A stretch of 64,000 nucleotides of DNA from Epithemia pelagica (GCA_946965045.2 OX337229.1:1-64000), one strand, 5' to 3'. Counted from the stretch's first letter, positions 24,397 through 37,560 are shown. Numbers and translations are program-made. Notes: generated by a model not told the origin, from the sequence alone.

Positions 24397-24933
24397 CAAG
24401 CTGAGTTCAAGCCGAATGTCAACGACGTAGCGCTTAGTAGGAAATCTACGTATATCACGCCAGCCATCTAATTACTATAGCCCTTATAATTATGCCTCTC
24501 ATGTGAAAAGTGCTTCCTAAACTCGACAATCTCGCGTTCCCCCAGAAAAACTTCGTTTTGCACGAGACTATCGTGCGTGGGGTGCATCCGATGATCATGT
24601 TGTTGTGGATGATGCCAACCGCATACCTTGTTGCCCCATTGGTGGTGGCCTAACAACACCCTGAGGCACCTCGATACAGCTCGGCAACAAGGTACGCGGT
24701 TGGGATGGCCCTCCACCATGGTCAACACAGTCGACTGTTTTTTCGTAATTTTTGATGAAAATCTAGCGTTCGGAAGAAATCACGCATAACACTAAAGGTA
24801 ATAAAATATTTCTTGCAACCACTAGGACGTCGCGTGTCGGACATTAGAAACGCGAAACGCTATCGAGGATTACTCCTCTGGTACAAAGTCTACAGGGGCC
24901 TACGTCGTTGATGTAAACTCTGAACTCAGCTTG
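24397..24933. mobile_element. Second MITE or internally deleted DNA transposon (537 bp), TA target duplication
   Basis: Bipartite TIR CAAGCTGAGTTCA-n10-CAACGACGTAG (24397-24430) mirrored at 24900-24933; TA on both flanks. Confidence 0.8.
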
Positions 24934-27900
24934 TATGGCGTGACGGCCTATCTACCTAGTGCTCCTCTAGATAGATACTCCTCTAGTTCGAGGACATCGC
25001 CTTGCTCCACTCCCACTACCTAGCTAGGGGTAGCCTACTCCTCTAGAAGAGAGAGAAAAGAGGAAAGAAGATCGGTGTTGCAACCATCGAAATCACTTTG
25101 CGCTGGCTTGATGTCTACTCCATCTCTGGGACCATGATTGTGTGTTCTCTAGCTCTTAGAGAGCAAAGCTATTCACCTCTCGCCTCTCCTCTCCTCTTTC
25201 TCTTTCTTAGGAAGCGTCCTGAAGATTCGGTAAGAATACGTCGCTTTCCACTTTTTAATTCCATCCCCCATCCTCTTTCTCCGTTTCAGCTCATTGTTCA
25301 TCAGCAAGAGACAAGAGACGAGTAACGAGTAACGAGTTGTGAGCGGATAAAAGCAGAGGCATTCTTGGTTGCTGGTCACAATAAGATAGTTTGATGTTTT
25401 TCGTATGGCGGCTCGTCGTCTATTGTTGGGCTCCGAGTTACGAGTTGATAAAAACAACATTCAACATGTTATTGTTTCGGGTCCCTCGTCTAAAAAGTCA
25501 TAAAATCAGACGGTGGGATGCTTGGCATTGATCATGATAAAAGAGATATTATGAAACAAATATCCTTTTGATGTTCTGTTTTGTGTTGGTTTCTTTTCCC
25601 TCGGTATAGGTGACCACCTATTAGTCGTATGTACGTCGTCCGCAAACTGTCCCCCCAATGGAGATTTTTTTCTCGATTCATATCCTATTTTCCATAAAAA
25701 ATCAGAAAGGACACGCCGGCATTTCCTTGTCACATTTCAAATCAGTTTGAACGGCCCAGCGTGCATGACGGTTGCCGTTGGTGCACGACACTCATAAAAC
25801 AAACAAACCTCCAGTACAGCGGCCATGTCCATGGCAATTCTTTCAATGGCATGATTTTTCAGCTTCCATGCTACCCAGGTACGTCAAGAAAGACAGTGCT
25901 GCGATTGGGCTAAGGACAAGCATCTCAATAGTCCCTCCCTGTTGTTTTTGTTCGCATACACCCCTTGAGCACCATTTTCTGGACTCGTTGCGACGTCTCA
26001 CTTTTCACCAGTCCAATTTTGCTTGTAGTCTTTATGATTGATTCATTTGTAGCCCTTTTACTCTGATACTAGTCTAGGTAGAATTCCTGTTCTATATTTT
26101 ATCATAGGGGTAAATATGAAGGTCAATGGTGGTGTCCTGCTCGACCAGGGATTCTCTTGTCTTTATTCTTCTCCTTCTCCTCGTCTTCACCTTGAAGAAG
26201 ATACAGCAAACACTAAGAATTTGTCTCAGCGACCATTCGCCTAGAAAGAAAGTGGTGACAATCAGCCTCATGATGTAGTACTACTCCTACTCGTAAGAGT
26301 AAGAAGAAGAAACCAAATCGTACCCAACCAAGAAGACAACTCGAACCATGGATGTGACAAGCCCAACAATCAGAAAATGGGCGAAAACACTACCAATCTA
26401 TCAATCCTAAGAAGAAACAGAAGGCCCAAACAACAGCTGAAGGAAAGACGCGCTCTGTCTACAGTCTACAATGATTCGTCCGCGGTTCATGTGCCATGGC
26501 CGATGGTCTTACCGGTACCGTGATAGGGCCATTCAGATTTTGCTCGCATGGTTTTTATGAGCTGTCGCTCGCGAGCGTCTGGAATTTGAATCGTCGCCCG
26601 CCAACCTTCAACTGTCACTTGCACGCCGGCCATTCTACATGACGATTTGCTTTTGGGAGATTTTATGGGGGAGAAGGACAGAGTTCTGTGCGGACGACGT
26701 ACGTACGGTTTATAGGTGGTCACCGATACAGAGCCTGTGGTTTGGTTTTGCGTATTTTCTCGGGAATAGGCAATTCTATCGTATGATTCTTCTTACATAC
26801 GCCTACCCCCAAGACTTTGAGCCCAAGAGGAAAGCATAAGATTACCATTATCGTTGTATCGTATTTCCCGTACAATACACGAAAATTGTGAGACGTCCAA
26901 TAATTTTTGTTGTATTTTTTGATGTTATGCGAAATATCAATATCACGTACCATCCACCAAACCCATCATTGAGCTCACCTTTTCGTTTCCCTATTCCATT
27001 GCATCAACAACGACAACGAGCATACAAGAGAAATGATGAAAGCCCACGGCTCTCGGCAAAGATGCTGGCCATCATTCCTCAATCAAGGAATGCAAAAAAG
27101 ATAGTTCTTGTCAAATGAAACCAGTGCCACAAAATACCACAGTAGTAGCTCGCTCACTGTATCGTACCGCTCACGTTTAAGATACTGCCAGTTGGAAGGT
27201 GGGCTCTACAATAGCTAGCTAGAGGGCCGCTGACTGTTGGATGTTTTCTTATTTTCGCTGAGACCTACGAGTGTTTCTTCGGTTTTAGCCTTTGGGACTG
27301 GGACAACTGGAACATTGTGTCCTCTATTGGCAACGACGGAGTCTATGCAACGACGGAGAAATACCTCTTTCATTTAACCGATCTCCGATAGTGATATTTT
27401 TTGAGATGTTGGTCGGTTTTGTGGATTTTGGGTTGGTAGGTAGTGCTTAGTGCCACTTTTGGCTGGAGCATGGAGACTTGGGGCTTGGGGACTTGGTATT
27501 AGAGCTTGGCGCAACTGGCACTCTTGTGTTGGGGTCTCTACTCGTACTCGTACCTCGTACCCGTATTGCAACCTCGCACGTTACACATGACTCTTTCATG
27601 ACCAAGGGCTTTGATCTTTGAGACTTGCTGCAAGAGGGAGTCTTGACTCTCGAATCTCGAACCACAGCAGTAGGAGGAGTATCAAACACAAACGTTATAC
27701 AATAGGAGTAAGTGACGACTGACGACTCCTGTATCTGTAATCTGTATCCTCTACTCGTATCCTGTACGAGTACCACTCGTATAGCTTTCACAACAGTTAA
27801 CAGTTGGAGTTGGAGGAATAGTGGTCACATGTCACGGCTGGTTTCGTGTAGCTATGCCCGAGACTTGGTTTTTAGTATAGCCCATATGGGATCGCTCTTT

Positions 27901-28164
27901 AGTGTTGTTTTGGCCCAACTCAACGACCACAAACAATCCATCGGCTCCAATCAGCACAAAACCACACCACTCTCGTTCGACGCACAATTCTTGATTTCGT
28001 CCCCTCTCCCTTCCCCCTTCTGGTCAACGTGTGTGTCACACGACAAGCATTGCCCATTTTGCGCTGCAATAGTATTATTTCTCTCAGTCCTTTGCCATCT
28101 TGTCCTTTTCCGCCTCTCCTGGTCCTGAATTGAACCGTATTTTCGCTAACAAGAAGACGACAGT

Positions 28165-28611
28165 ATGTTTTCGAAAACCTTCCTTTTCGTGTTCTTCTCT
28201 CTCGTCGGACCCGTATTGTCCAGTGAGTGTTTTCGCAAAATCGAAGTCCAGTTTCCGGATGATATGTCGGACGCCTGCCACGATGCTATCACAAGAGCCG
28301 TCAACAACACTGCGGCCTGCATGATCAAAGCTCAAGAAGATGCTGGACGTCGGGCGCTACGAGGAGAGGGACGACAACTTTGCTCGACAATGTGCGATAA
28401 CTATCCGTGGTGTGATGAGTTTTCTTCCCTCTATGAATGCGTAATATATTGTTGGGGTTGCTGGCGTCGAGACCTGGCTGCCACTGGACCGTCTGACACA
28501 CAGGACATGGTTGCAGCAGCTGAATTCAGCGCATGTGCATTTAACGTCGATCCTCGTATATGCCAGGCTAGTGCCATCATGAAGAAAAGTAAGGGCTGTC
28601 CGGATGTCTGA
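28165..28611 (+). CDS. Secreted cysteine-rich precursor protein, paralog B (148 aa; the TGA at 28609-28611 is probably premature)
   Basis: Signal peptide MFSKTFLFVFFSLVGPVLS and a six-Cys core flanked by RQL and RDL. Aligns with paralog A. The frame after the TGA continues to 28719 and contains a CFC matching the CNC of paralog A. Confidence 0.75.
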   Translation: MFSKTFLFVFFSLVGPVLSSECFRKIEVQFPDDMSDACHDAITRAVNNTAACMIKAQEDAGRRALRGEGRQLCSTMCDNYPWCDEFSSLYECVIYCWGCWRRDLAATGPSDTQDMVAAAEFSACAFNVDPRICQASAIMKKSKGCPDV

Positions 28612-30813
28612 GGTTGGAGTGGGAAATGGACAGCACAACACAAGTTTCGAGCGCAGTGCTTTTGCATCTATCACGACCAAATGTGCCACAACATATATTC
28701 TTTGAATGGGATCAAGTGAAACTTCATAATCTACTATATAATGATTTCTTGTATTCAAACCGCAGTATCGCCATAGACGTCACCATCGAAACAGATTGGT
28801 GTTTGGCGAGGTGCTACCAAGTAACCCAGACTCCTACAAGGAAGGGAGATGTGTCCAATGCAATCCATGTGGAAAGCGACCAAGACGAAAGGAAAACGCG
28901 AGTGGATTGGAGTAACAACAGCATCTATGTAGGTGACCCTTCCGGAGTAAGAACCCATTCGCACTCCTTGATGGATTGACATGCACGAGTCAAAATAGTC
29001 CTCAAATACATCTTGTTCCCCTGTTTGTTGTGATCGTGTCACTCCATGGGATTGCGACAATACGAATGCGATCGTAAGTGGGACTTGGAGACGTGCAGTG
29101 TGTTCCAACGGTCCACTCTTGCAACACCACCCCACAATGAAGACATGCTGCTATATAAGAGGAGGGGCTTGCATCCTACATTTCGAATAACTTTTCAAAA
29201 CACGTACTCGTAGAGGCGTAAAAAGTCGGTCGACACATGACCGGGAAAGTCCCAAGCTACCTTTATCACTCGTCGTCCTACCCTTCCCCACTCACTGAGC
29301 ACTCACTGAGGAGTAAGTCACTCCCCACACTCCCACTACCTAAGCCCCAAAAATTACTGTACTTCGATTTTTTATTCTAGTGTTTTGTAGGAGTTTCCAT
29401 TGTGTTGGTGCATGCTGCTGTGTGATGTGTTGTCTTGTGTCGCTCGTGGTAGGGTTGGGGGATGGAAGATCTAAGTATTCTGTTACACAATTTGTGCAAC
29501 AAGCAGGCCTCGGAGTTTGATTGACATCCAATTATTGTGAGACAAATGATACCCCGAAATGAAGCGTTATAAATCATCCGATATGATCGGAGGAGGTCAC
29601 TTAATTGACGCGGTTATTTAAAAACAATTAAGATTACCTAGTACCCTATCAAGATTACCTAGTGCCCTATCGAAAGTAGGGCAAGCTTAATTGTAAAAAA
29701 CTAATTAGGCTCACGACTACTAAGTATCCATTCAGAGAACCGATCACTTCGGAAGACTGAAAATTACCTAGGGTGCGCTGGCACGACTCCTCGTGACAAA
29801 GGAAGCTAACATACTTTAATAGCCCCGGGGGACTCCTCGTCGCATGGCGCTCCTCGTGGCTTAACTCCTCGTCGGGCAATAGCTTCTCGTCGTGGACTGC
29901 CCCCTCGATCCGCTTATGCGGATCTCACAGGGGCAGTCCACTCCTCGTCGCGCCCTAGCTCCTCCTCGTCCACCCTCAGCTATTAAAGTAGACTTACAAC
30001 TTTCAGATGTGTCACAAGAAGATGAACAAAGACGCAATGCCTTCCAAATATCTTTTGAAAATTCGAAATGGGTCGCTGTTGTCGCCTATTGCTGCTATTA
30101 TCTACTCGTAGGAGTAATGTCTAGCTTAGAGAGGATGATACTTGCCAGGAACACAATGAACGACAAGTCTGTGCACCTTGGTTGGAGCAAATCATGGCCC
30201 CATGAGAGACCGATTATTTTGTAGAAGAGGCCTATGGTGGTTCCAATCTCAGGGATATGATGCCGAATCATGCTCCCTGCCTTGGGAATACTCGCGGAAC
30301 GAGAATCACATCACGTGTGGACTCGTTCGAATGGGGATTGTTCCACTTTGCCATTGGAAAAACTACTCTAGAGGTAGCAAGTTGGACCGAAACAGAATCT
30401 CCAAACGTAGAATGACAGTTCCGGGGACTATCACATCTACAAAATGAGATTGCTGTACAACACACAGTGGGTAGCGACACGTTACCCACGCCAATACGAA
30501 TGGATTCCCCTGTTAAAGAAACACACGAAAGGGTTGGACCGACACCGAGTGGACAGCAATACGATCCACCAACCAGAACAACCACCCATTGACAATGTGG
30601 GTGACCCATGATTTGGTTCCCAGCCTCCCCTCGCCTGTCGTTTTTCTCCAACTCTCTACGAATAGCACAACTACTAGACATGGATGCAAGGCTCCTACGA
30701 TAGTCATGCTCCTGTTCCACACTTATATACACACCAGAGGACGCCGTGGCGACGCAGTCATTTCAATCTTCCTTACTCGGGATTGAGAGAGAGAGAGAAA
30801 GCTTGTGTGGTTC

Positions 30814-32382
30814 TTAGTCTTTTCGTTTGTCACCAAAATCAATGCCACCGCGTTTAATAATTTCGACCCAATATCCATCGGGATCATAGGCAAAGGCCAA
30901 TCCTTTCATGGATCCACCATCGGGCTCCAAATAGGTACGTAGTATTGCAAACAAACAATGTGCGCCACTCAACAGAACCAAAGAACACCAAACTCATGAG
31001 AACGAGTGACACATGTGTGCGCCACGAACATGACATAGAGTGTCGTAGTATTGTACACGCATGCGCTCGAGTGTCTCGTGTCTCCACCCCCGCAAGAAGA
31101 AGATGCAGATGATAGGAAGGACCACAACAACGCCCACACACGCCCCTGCACCGTCCACCCACCAAACGTCCACCCACAGCACTCGATAATTCTATCTTCC
31201 TCTCGTTCTATATACATAGACAATCACGCACACACACACTGGACAAACCTTTTTGAATCCATATCCCAAGGGTCGGAGGGCATCGCAGGCCTCATAGACA
31301 TTGTCGACAAGAAATCCCACATGGCCAAATCCTTTGCGATCGTCTTCATTGCCAGTGAAATGACGAAAGTCTGCTTGCGTTTCCGTCCCATGATTGTGCG
31401 TCAATTCCAACACGGGACCAAACAAGTTGCGGGCATCGCCATTGTCGGGGAGGGTCGCACTGGAACTGGCCAAAAAGTAGAGAGAAAATTGGGCCTCGGG
31501 ATAATGGGATTCGCGCACCAATTGCATGCCCAAATAATCGCGATAAAATTCCAAGGATTTTTGCGGATTTTGGACGCGCAACATGGTTTGGGAAAAATTG
31601 GCGAAAGACAGCAACAGACTCCTACGACGACGACGACACACGAAGGGAAGCACACCACAAAAGTCCATTGGAGAGAGGACCACACCAGTTTGTTCGTACC
31701 TGACAGCGACATGTCCAAAGCCATCGCGCTCTTGATTGCCGGCATGATAGGAAAAGTCGTCTTGGGTTTCCGTTCCATAATTGTGCGTCAATTCCAAAGC
31801 CGTGCCTTCCATACTCCACAAATAATCATGAGCGGCTTGGGTACCGGGCAGCAGTGTATAGGGATGTTCCTCCGGCGGCAAGTGGGTGATAAAGTAGAGG
31901 GAAAAGTCATATTGAGGAAAGTCCAAGGTATCAATCAAGGTAAAGCCGAGTTGGTTGCAATAAAAGTCGAGGGATTTTTTCGGATCCTTGATGCGCAACA
32001 TGGTTTGTTGCCAGGTCGGACGACCCGGAATCAGTTTGGACGAAGCCTCGTTGTTGTTGGCGTTGGTGGTGGATGCCATGGCGGAACGGGGCTGGAACGG
32101 ATAGTGTCGTCGTGTCGTACTAATAGGTTGCCAAGAATTCAAGTAGCCACGGTCGTAGTGATTGGATCCTGTGGTGTGTGTGGAGGATGCCAACGTCGTA
32201 CTAGAATGACGAATCGAAAAGGCACTGGTGGTGGTGGTTGTGGATGCAAGGGCTGCCGTCGTTGCGGCAATCACCAACGAACGACGAATGGATCGCTTCG
32301 GTGTTGTGGATGGAGTCCAACGAGAATGTTGATGATGATGATGATGACGACGACGAGCCACTCCTCCGACCAGGCTCACCAT
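30814..32382 (-). CDS. GLO1: Two-domain glyoxalase I (lactoylglutathione lyase) with N-terminal targeting presequence; internal deletion in domain 1
   Basis: [54 protein letters not shown] and GFGHVGF. A last exon 30924-30814 ([23 protein letters not shown]) follows a 324-nt intron 31248-30925. Probable 78-nt intron 31699-31622. Confidence 0.9.
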
Positions 32383-34766
32383 CTATATCTGTAGAGAAAC
32401 AACACGAGAAAGATTCGACAGCGGCAACCACAAACGCAAGAGCAAAGAGGACCACACCACAAACAAGTCTTCTTCTTGTTCTTTTGGGTGAGTGGAATAG
32501 AGACTGTTGACGAGATGTCGTCATCGCAAAGAAAAGATACGGACGATCTTTGAGTTTGGATGCTTCGTACTTTGGATCCTATAGTCTTACTCTGGAAGGC
32601 TATATAGAGAGAGTCAATGATCGTCGAGACCGATGCGCGACTTCAGAGCGAGCGCCCTCTATCAAGGCTACCACAACAAAACCGGCGGACAGCATCCAGC
32701 AAAGACATCCAGTTATTGAATACGTAGGTAGCTGACGAGACCATCCAATTGGTTGCTCACAGAGTCGACGAAAGCACCATGAATTCTTGTCCATCAACCC
32801 TAATGTCCAAAGCGGGTATACGGATCCCTCCTATCGACTCTTTGTGATCCATGTGGGGCAAGTTGCAAATCGTCACCCAAGACGTTCTCGCCATTGCCTT
32901 TGTCGCTCTGCCAAATTCAATAGAAGAACCGAGTTGGTGATGGTACGAGAAAAGTGTTTCAGTGCGAGTTTGGATAATGTGCAATGATGATGAAGATGTC
33001 AGATGAAAGCACAGCTATTGGGAATTGTTCACCAAAGTGGCCCCGGTAGTCGTTGAGAGTGTTTCGTGAAGTTGTTGTTGTCATCGGAACGTGTCTCCAA
33101 CACTGCTAGAAGAGATGCTGGGTCTCTGTTTCGGCTGCGCCAGTCTCAACCAACTTGATAGCCAGGTGTGCCCATAAGCAGTTAACACGGAAGAAGACGA
33201 CTTCACGGAGAGGTGTTCGGACTTGTTTGGCAATTGGCAATAGAGCATTGTTAGATGCATCGTCGGTTCACAAGTTGCTTTCATTTAAGGAGGGTCTTTT
33301 CCAAATACTTTACGAGAACCTGGCTATAACAGGGATATGTCCCTACCGGATGATCCGGATCGTCGTCAGAAAAAAAGAGCGTTCGATCAAGTGCCAAAAA
33401 CTCAAAAACTCAAAAACTCAAAAACTGCCTCATCCGAAAGAAATGAATAACAGAAGCCCCCCAGTCAATGACTGTGGAGAAGAGATGCCACCATCACCAT
33501 CACAGTCTCCCATTCCGATCGATGCAATCGAATGACCGTCATCGGCGACTTCGGATGCCAAGAGTGCTTCAGGATTCCGAAGGACGTATCCATCGCGGGG
33601 ATTCGGAAGACGAATGGGTCGCTCTGACGTCGCTCAAAATGACGAACCAGAGGCAATACAAATCATTTGCTGAGGTCAACGGAAGGCTTATGTATGCATA
33701 TCCTTAATATTCTTAAGGAGCCGTTAAGGTAATGTCAAGATGAATGTTAAATGAAATTGTCCTGCAACTGCCCCACAACATTCCATGAGTATCGATCCTA
33801 AAGGAAAGAGCTTATTGAAGTTGGTTGGGGGATCACAATCCTATCTCATTTATCGAATGCAAGCCTGCTGGGGGGCAACAGTCTTCCGATGCCCGGCTGG
33901 GGGGCAAGACCGGAGGCTCGTTCATATTGTATTCATGTGTTTGTATATCATATGGATCCATATGCTAGCTCTTTTTCATCATATTCGTAGATGTCGCCTC
34001 CTTCTTGCCTCGCCCTTGTCATTTGATTCGGAGGAACAGGTATGTATCAAAACGTGTATTCTAATCTCAAATATGGCATATTACGTGCTTCTCTTGGCGA
34101 TGCCAGAATCGCGTGCATCTTGATTGATACTCGAAGGCGAAAGGCTCTATTGAATGATTGGCCATGATCCATGATCCACATGATGAGGCTTAAACAACGG
34201 ATGAAATAAGAAATAAGGCTCCGGAGATCGCAATCGCAATGGCCCACGAAAGTAGTGCCATCGTTTTCTCTCTTTTGTCTGGTGTACGATTGAGAAAGGA
34301 CTAAAATCGGGTAAGGGACAGGGAGAGTCCTAACTAGTCTTAACTTGGAGGCAGTCGCAGGACGGAAAATAAGAAATTCCATCCTCTTTTTTCTTTTTTC
34401 CTAGTTTTGTCACTGCACGCATTTGGCCGGCGGTTCTCTTGACCGTGGGGGGCAATGGTCTCGTTCGATAAAAACAAGACGCTCGAAGATCAAGGAGAGT
34501 AACCCGCGTTCTCGCACAGACCTTTTCGAGAACGAACCTGTGTACAATCGAACCTAGATTAATACGAGCTCGTACACTAGTAGCAAGAATAACATTAAAA
34601 TTAGAGATGTTGCCGCAGTCTTTGGCACAGAGCGGCCAAACGAGCGTTCGCCGCACACAACACACTACTCGTGGCATTTCTCTACACATGCACTCTCTGC
34701 GCAACGTTGCTGGGGCTAGTCTATATCATCCGCCTCTCCCATCTTTGCGCACCATAAAACCACACG

Positions 34767-35989
34767 GTAGTTTCCCCAAAGAGCCCGAGCCGCGACAACG
34801 CGACAACCATGGACGGATCGCCGTACCGGAATCCTCATCACCCCTCCTATTACCGGAATAAAGATAGCCATCCTTATTCTCGCAGTCAGCCAGGTGCAAG
34901 ATGGGAAGAAACACCGACAGGAATGCCTCCTCTTTATCATCCTCATGAGCATCCCCCATCTTCTAATGTTGTTTCTTACGATCCCTCGTACGACACCTTA
35001 CTGGCTGAAAAGCATGCCGCCTATGGACCACACAGCGATCCCTTACAACCACCATCATCATCATCAAGCTCCAAGGGAGGTGGAAAAGACGAAACCATGG
35101 TGGAACTGGGACCGGGCATGTTTGCTCGATTGCGAGGAGCCAACGAGACGTGGAAATGCATTGAGAACGATTTTCATGTTCCTGTGGTTTGCTATGCCTG
35201 CTCAATGGACCTTTGTTGCATTCAAGATGCCTCCTATGTTCTCTGCCCAAGCTGCCGGACTGTCAGTCCAGTAGAACAAGTCGGATCAGGACACTTTACA
35301 GTGGATCACCGGCCCGGCTCGAACGATGGAGGCGTTGGGTTGGGCTTCACCTTTGATGATTTGTTCAAGTGGCAGGGAGAAATCGTGCGAAGGCGAAGAG
35401 CGGCAGCGGAACAACGAAAATTGCAAGAACAACGGCAACATCAGCCACATCATCCTGAATATCGGGTGCATCCCTCCCACTATCATCATCGCTCACTGCA
35501 ACCACCTCCACCCTACCATCATCCACACCACTCATCACGTGGATCTCCATCACCGCCTGAATCACATCCAGATTCTCGTTATTATTGAGTTTGGAAATAA
35601 CAAACCTTTTTCAAGCGTATGACTACTACAAGCCTATATTGCCTCAAACTACGTACAAAACCTTTTCTAGTCTTCCTTTCTCTCTACTACAATCGACCAC
35701 TTCTTTTCTTTGGAACAGCATTGGGGCCTCTGCCATCCAATCAACAAGATGGTACGAGAAAGGAGATTCCACAGTCTTATTGACTGTCTCTAAACTAAAA
35801 CACATTGCTCCACCATTTTTATTCCTCTTGCTCGCCTAGTCATGTTTTTCCGGCCTTCTCGTTCGTCCTTTGGGGCTGTTGTAACAAGCATCGAACGTCA
35901 GACCTGTCAGCAGTCAGCAGTCGCAGCTCGAGAACCACTTTCTGGTAGGGGAGCTGCGAGACGCGAGACCTCTCTGTATGCCCCGGGGC
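34767..35989 (+). repeat. Segmental duplication, copy 2 (direct repeat of 13834-15049)
   Basis: Near-identical to copy 1, with scattered substitutions and small indels. Confidence 0.95.
34809..35588 (+). CDS. Pro/His-rich LSD1-like zinc-finger protein, paralog B
   Basis: 259-aa ORF nearly identical to 13877-14662. Confidence 0.8.
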   Translation: MDGSPYRNPHHPSYYRNKDSHPYSRSQPGARWEETPTGMPPLYHPHEHPPSSNVVSYDPSYDTLLAEKHAAYGPHSDPLQPPSSSSSSKGGGKDETMVELGPGMFARLRGANETWKCIENDFHVPVVCYACSMDLCCIQDASYVLCPSCRTVSPVEQVGSGHFTVDHRPGSNDGGVGLGFTFDDLFKWQGEIVRRRRAAAEQRKLQEQRQHQPHHPEYRVHPSHYHHRSLQPPPPYHHPHHSSRGSPSPPESHPDSRYY

Positions 35990-37560
35990 TTCTTCTTTTG
36001 CAGCGCTTTCGATTTGTCCGGTAGCTATTCGTCCAAGACAATCCCAGATCGTGGACGGCTACGTAGTACGGGCATCTAATATCGAGCGTGCGATGAGGAG
36101 ACTTAAACGCTCAAACCAACAACTGTGCTTGTCTAGACAAAGCCGTACCACGAGAAGAACGCTTCGAGATTATTCAGCAACTGGGACTCGAACGGATTTC
36201 GCAAAAACAAAGACAATTATAGCAGACACGTAGCTGGGAAAGGCCCAACCGAGACAATGAGAGCCCACATTCTATCGAACAAACAAAACAAACAAATTTA
36301 CTGTACAGGGAGTAATTGGCCTTAGAACATAGAGCTATGGCTCCTATGTCCTACTCCTATCATATCTTCAAAGTGCTAGGAGTACTAGCAGGGAAAAACA
36401 ACTCTATCTTTTCTCACGTTTTGCACTTCGCATGGCCACAATATAGCTCTTGTGTTGGAACCAGCCTCCCATTCCCAAGACGATAGAAAGCGCGAAGGAC
36501 CAGTGTGCTTGCATAACCAGTGTCCTTGCAGTAGTGGTAAAGCGTCTCACAAGAGCAAGTTTGAGATCTCAGTTTCTTGTTTCATCTCCGATCATGTGTT
36601 CGAGGAGGTTGCGGATGATACAAACTTGAGACCGCAAACCAGTAACCGGTGTATTTTGTTGCCACGGCCTACTCCGGAACATACAAGAGGAATATGCATG
36701 GAGCGAAAGGCACAGGAGGAATCATGGCCCCTTAAGCATGTGCAACTTCTACCACCACGACCTGCAAGAGATTGCACATAGCACCAGCGCAGCGTCAAGG
36801 AATGCCATACCTTTTCTTCCTATTTGATCCACATGAGAGCCAAGGGCTGTGTGGGAAGTTAAACAGGGGATACCGTCATCGAGCATTCAATGAAGGGACC
36901 TCATAGTGACGCACTGTCGGACTATCATAGCAATTCAACCTTGTATGATCATGATGCCATGAGAAAAAGGCTTACCAGGCATGAGAGAGCAAGACGCAAG
37001 TATGGTGGATCGTATCGTTTGGTATTCCGAATTGAGAAGTAACGCGGTCAAGAAAAAAGAGCGAGACGGTCAAGAATCTGTCTTGGCCCTGAGAATGGCC
37101 CACACATCGCACCATCTACCACGACTATCTGCATTCTATAGCCTCAGTCAACCAAGTTCACATAGCCCATAGCTAGGGATATATTTCCATACCTCTCTTT
37201 TGCAAGAACACAAAAACGACAGTCTTACAAACTTGAAAAACCAAACAACGAACGGAACAGAGTGTATTCGTGATACGGCCAATTCCGAAGAGGATGTGGG
37301 ATCGCGAGAGGTCACAAGTCACAACCCACAATCGGGAAGAAACAAACACAAGCAAGACAGTTGCGCTGGTTCGGCATCGGATTTATGTCGGTATGTGATT
37401 CAAGAGCGACACTGTGCGCGAAGTCGCACCGACCTGATGATTTAATCAAGGAAAAGAATACGGCATTTCGAATGACCAGGACACCATCGTGGGAACTTGA
37501 CAGCAGTCTCATAAAGATCATAATCAAAAGAAGAGAAGGAGATCAGTCACCATTGAGAAG

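Noticed and set aside
25100-27400. Coding-like decayed tracts here and at 32600-34600 and 38500-40600
   Set aside because: Frames are repeatedly interrupted and no family could be recognised by eye; a translated search is needed.
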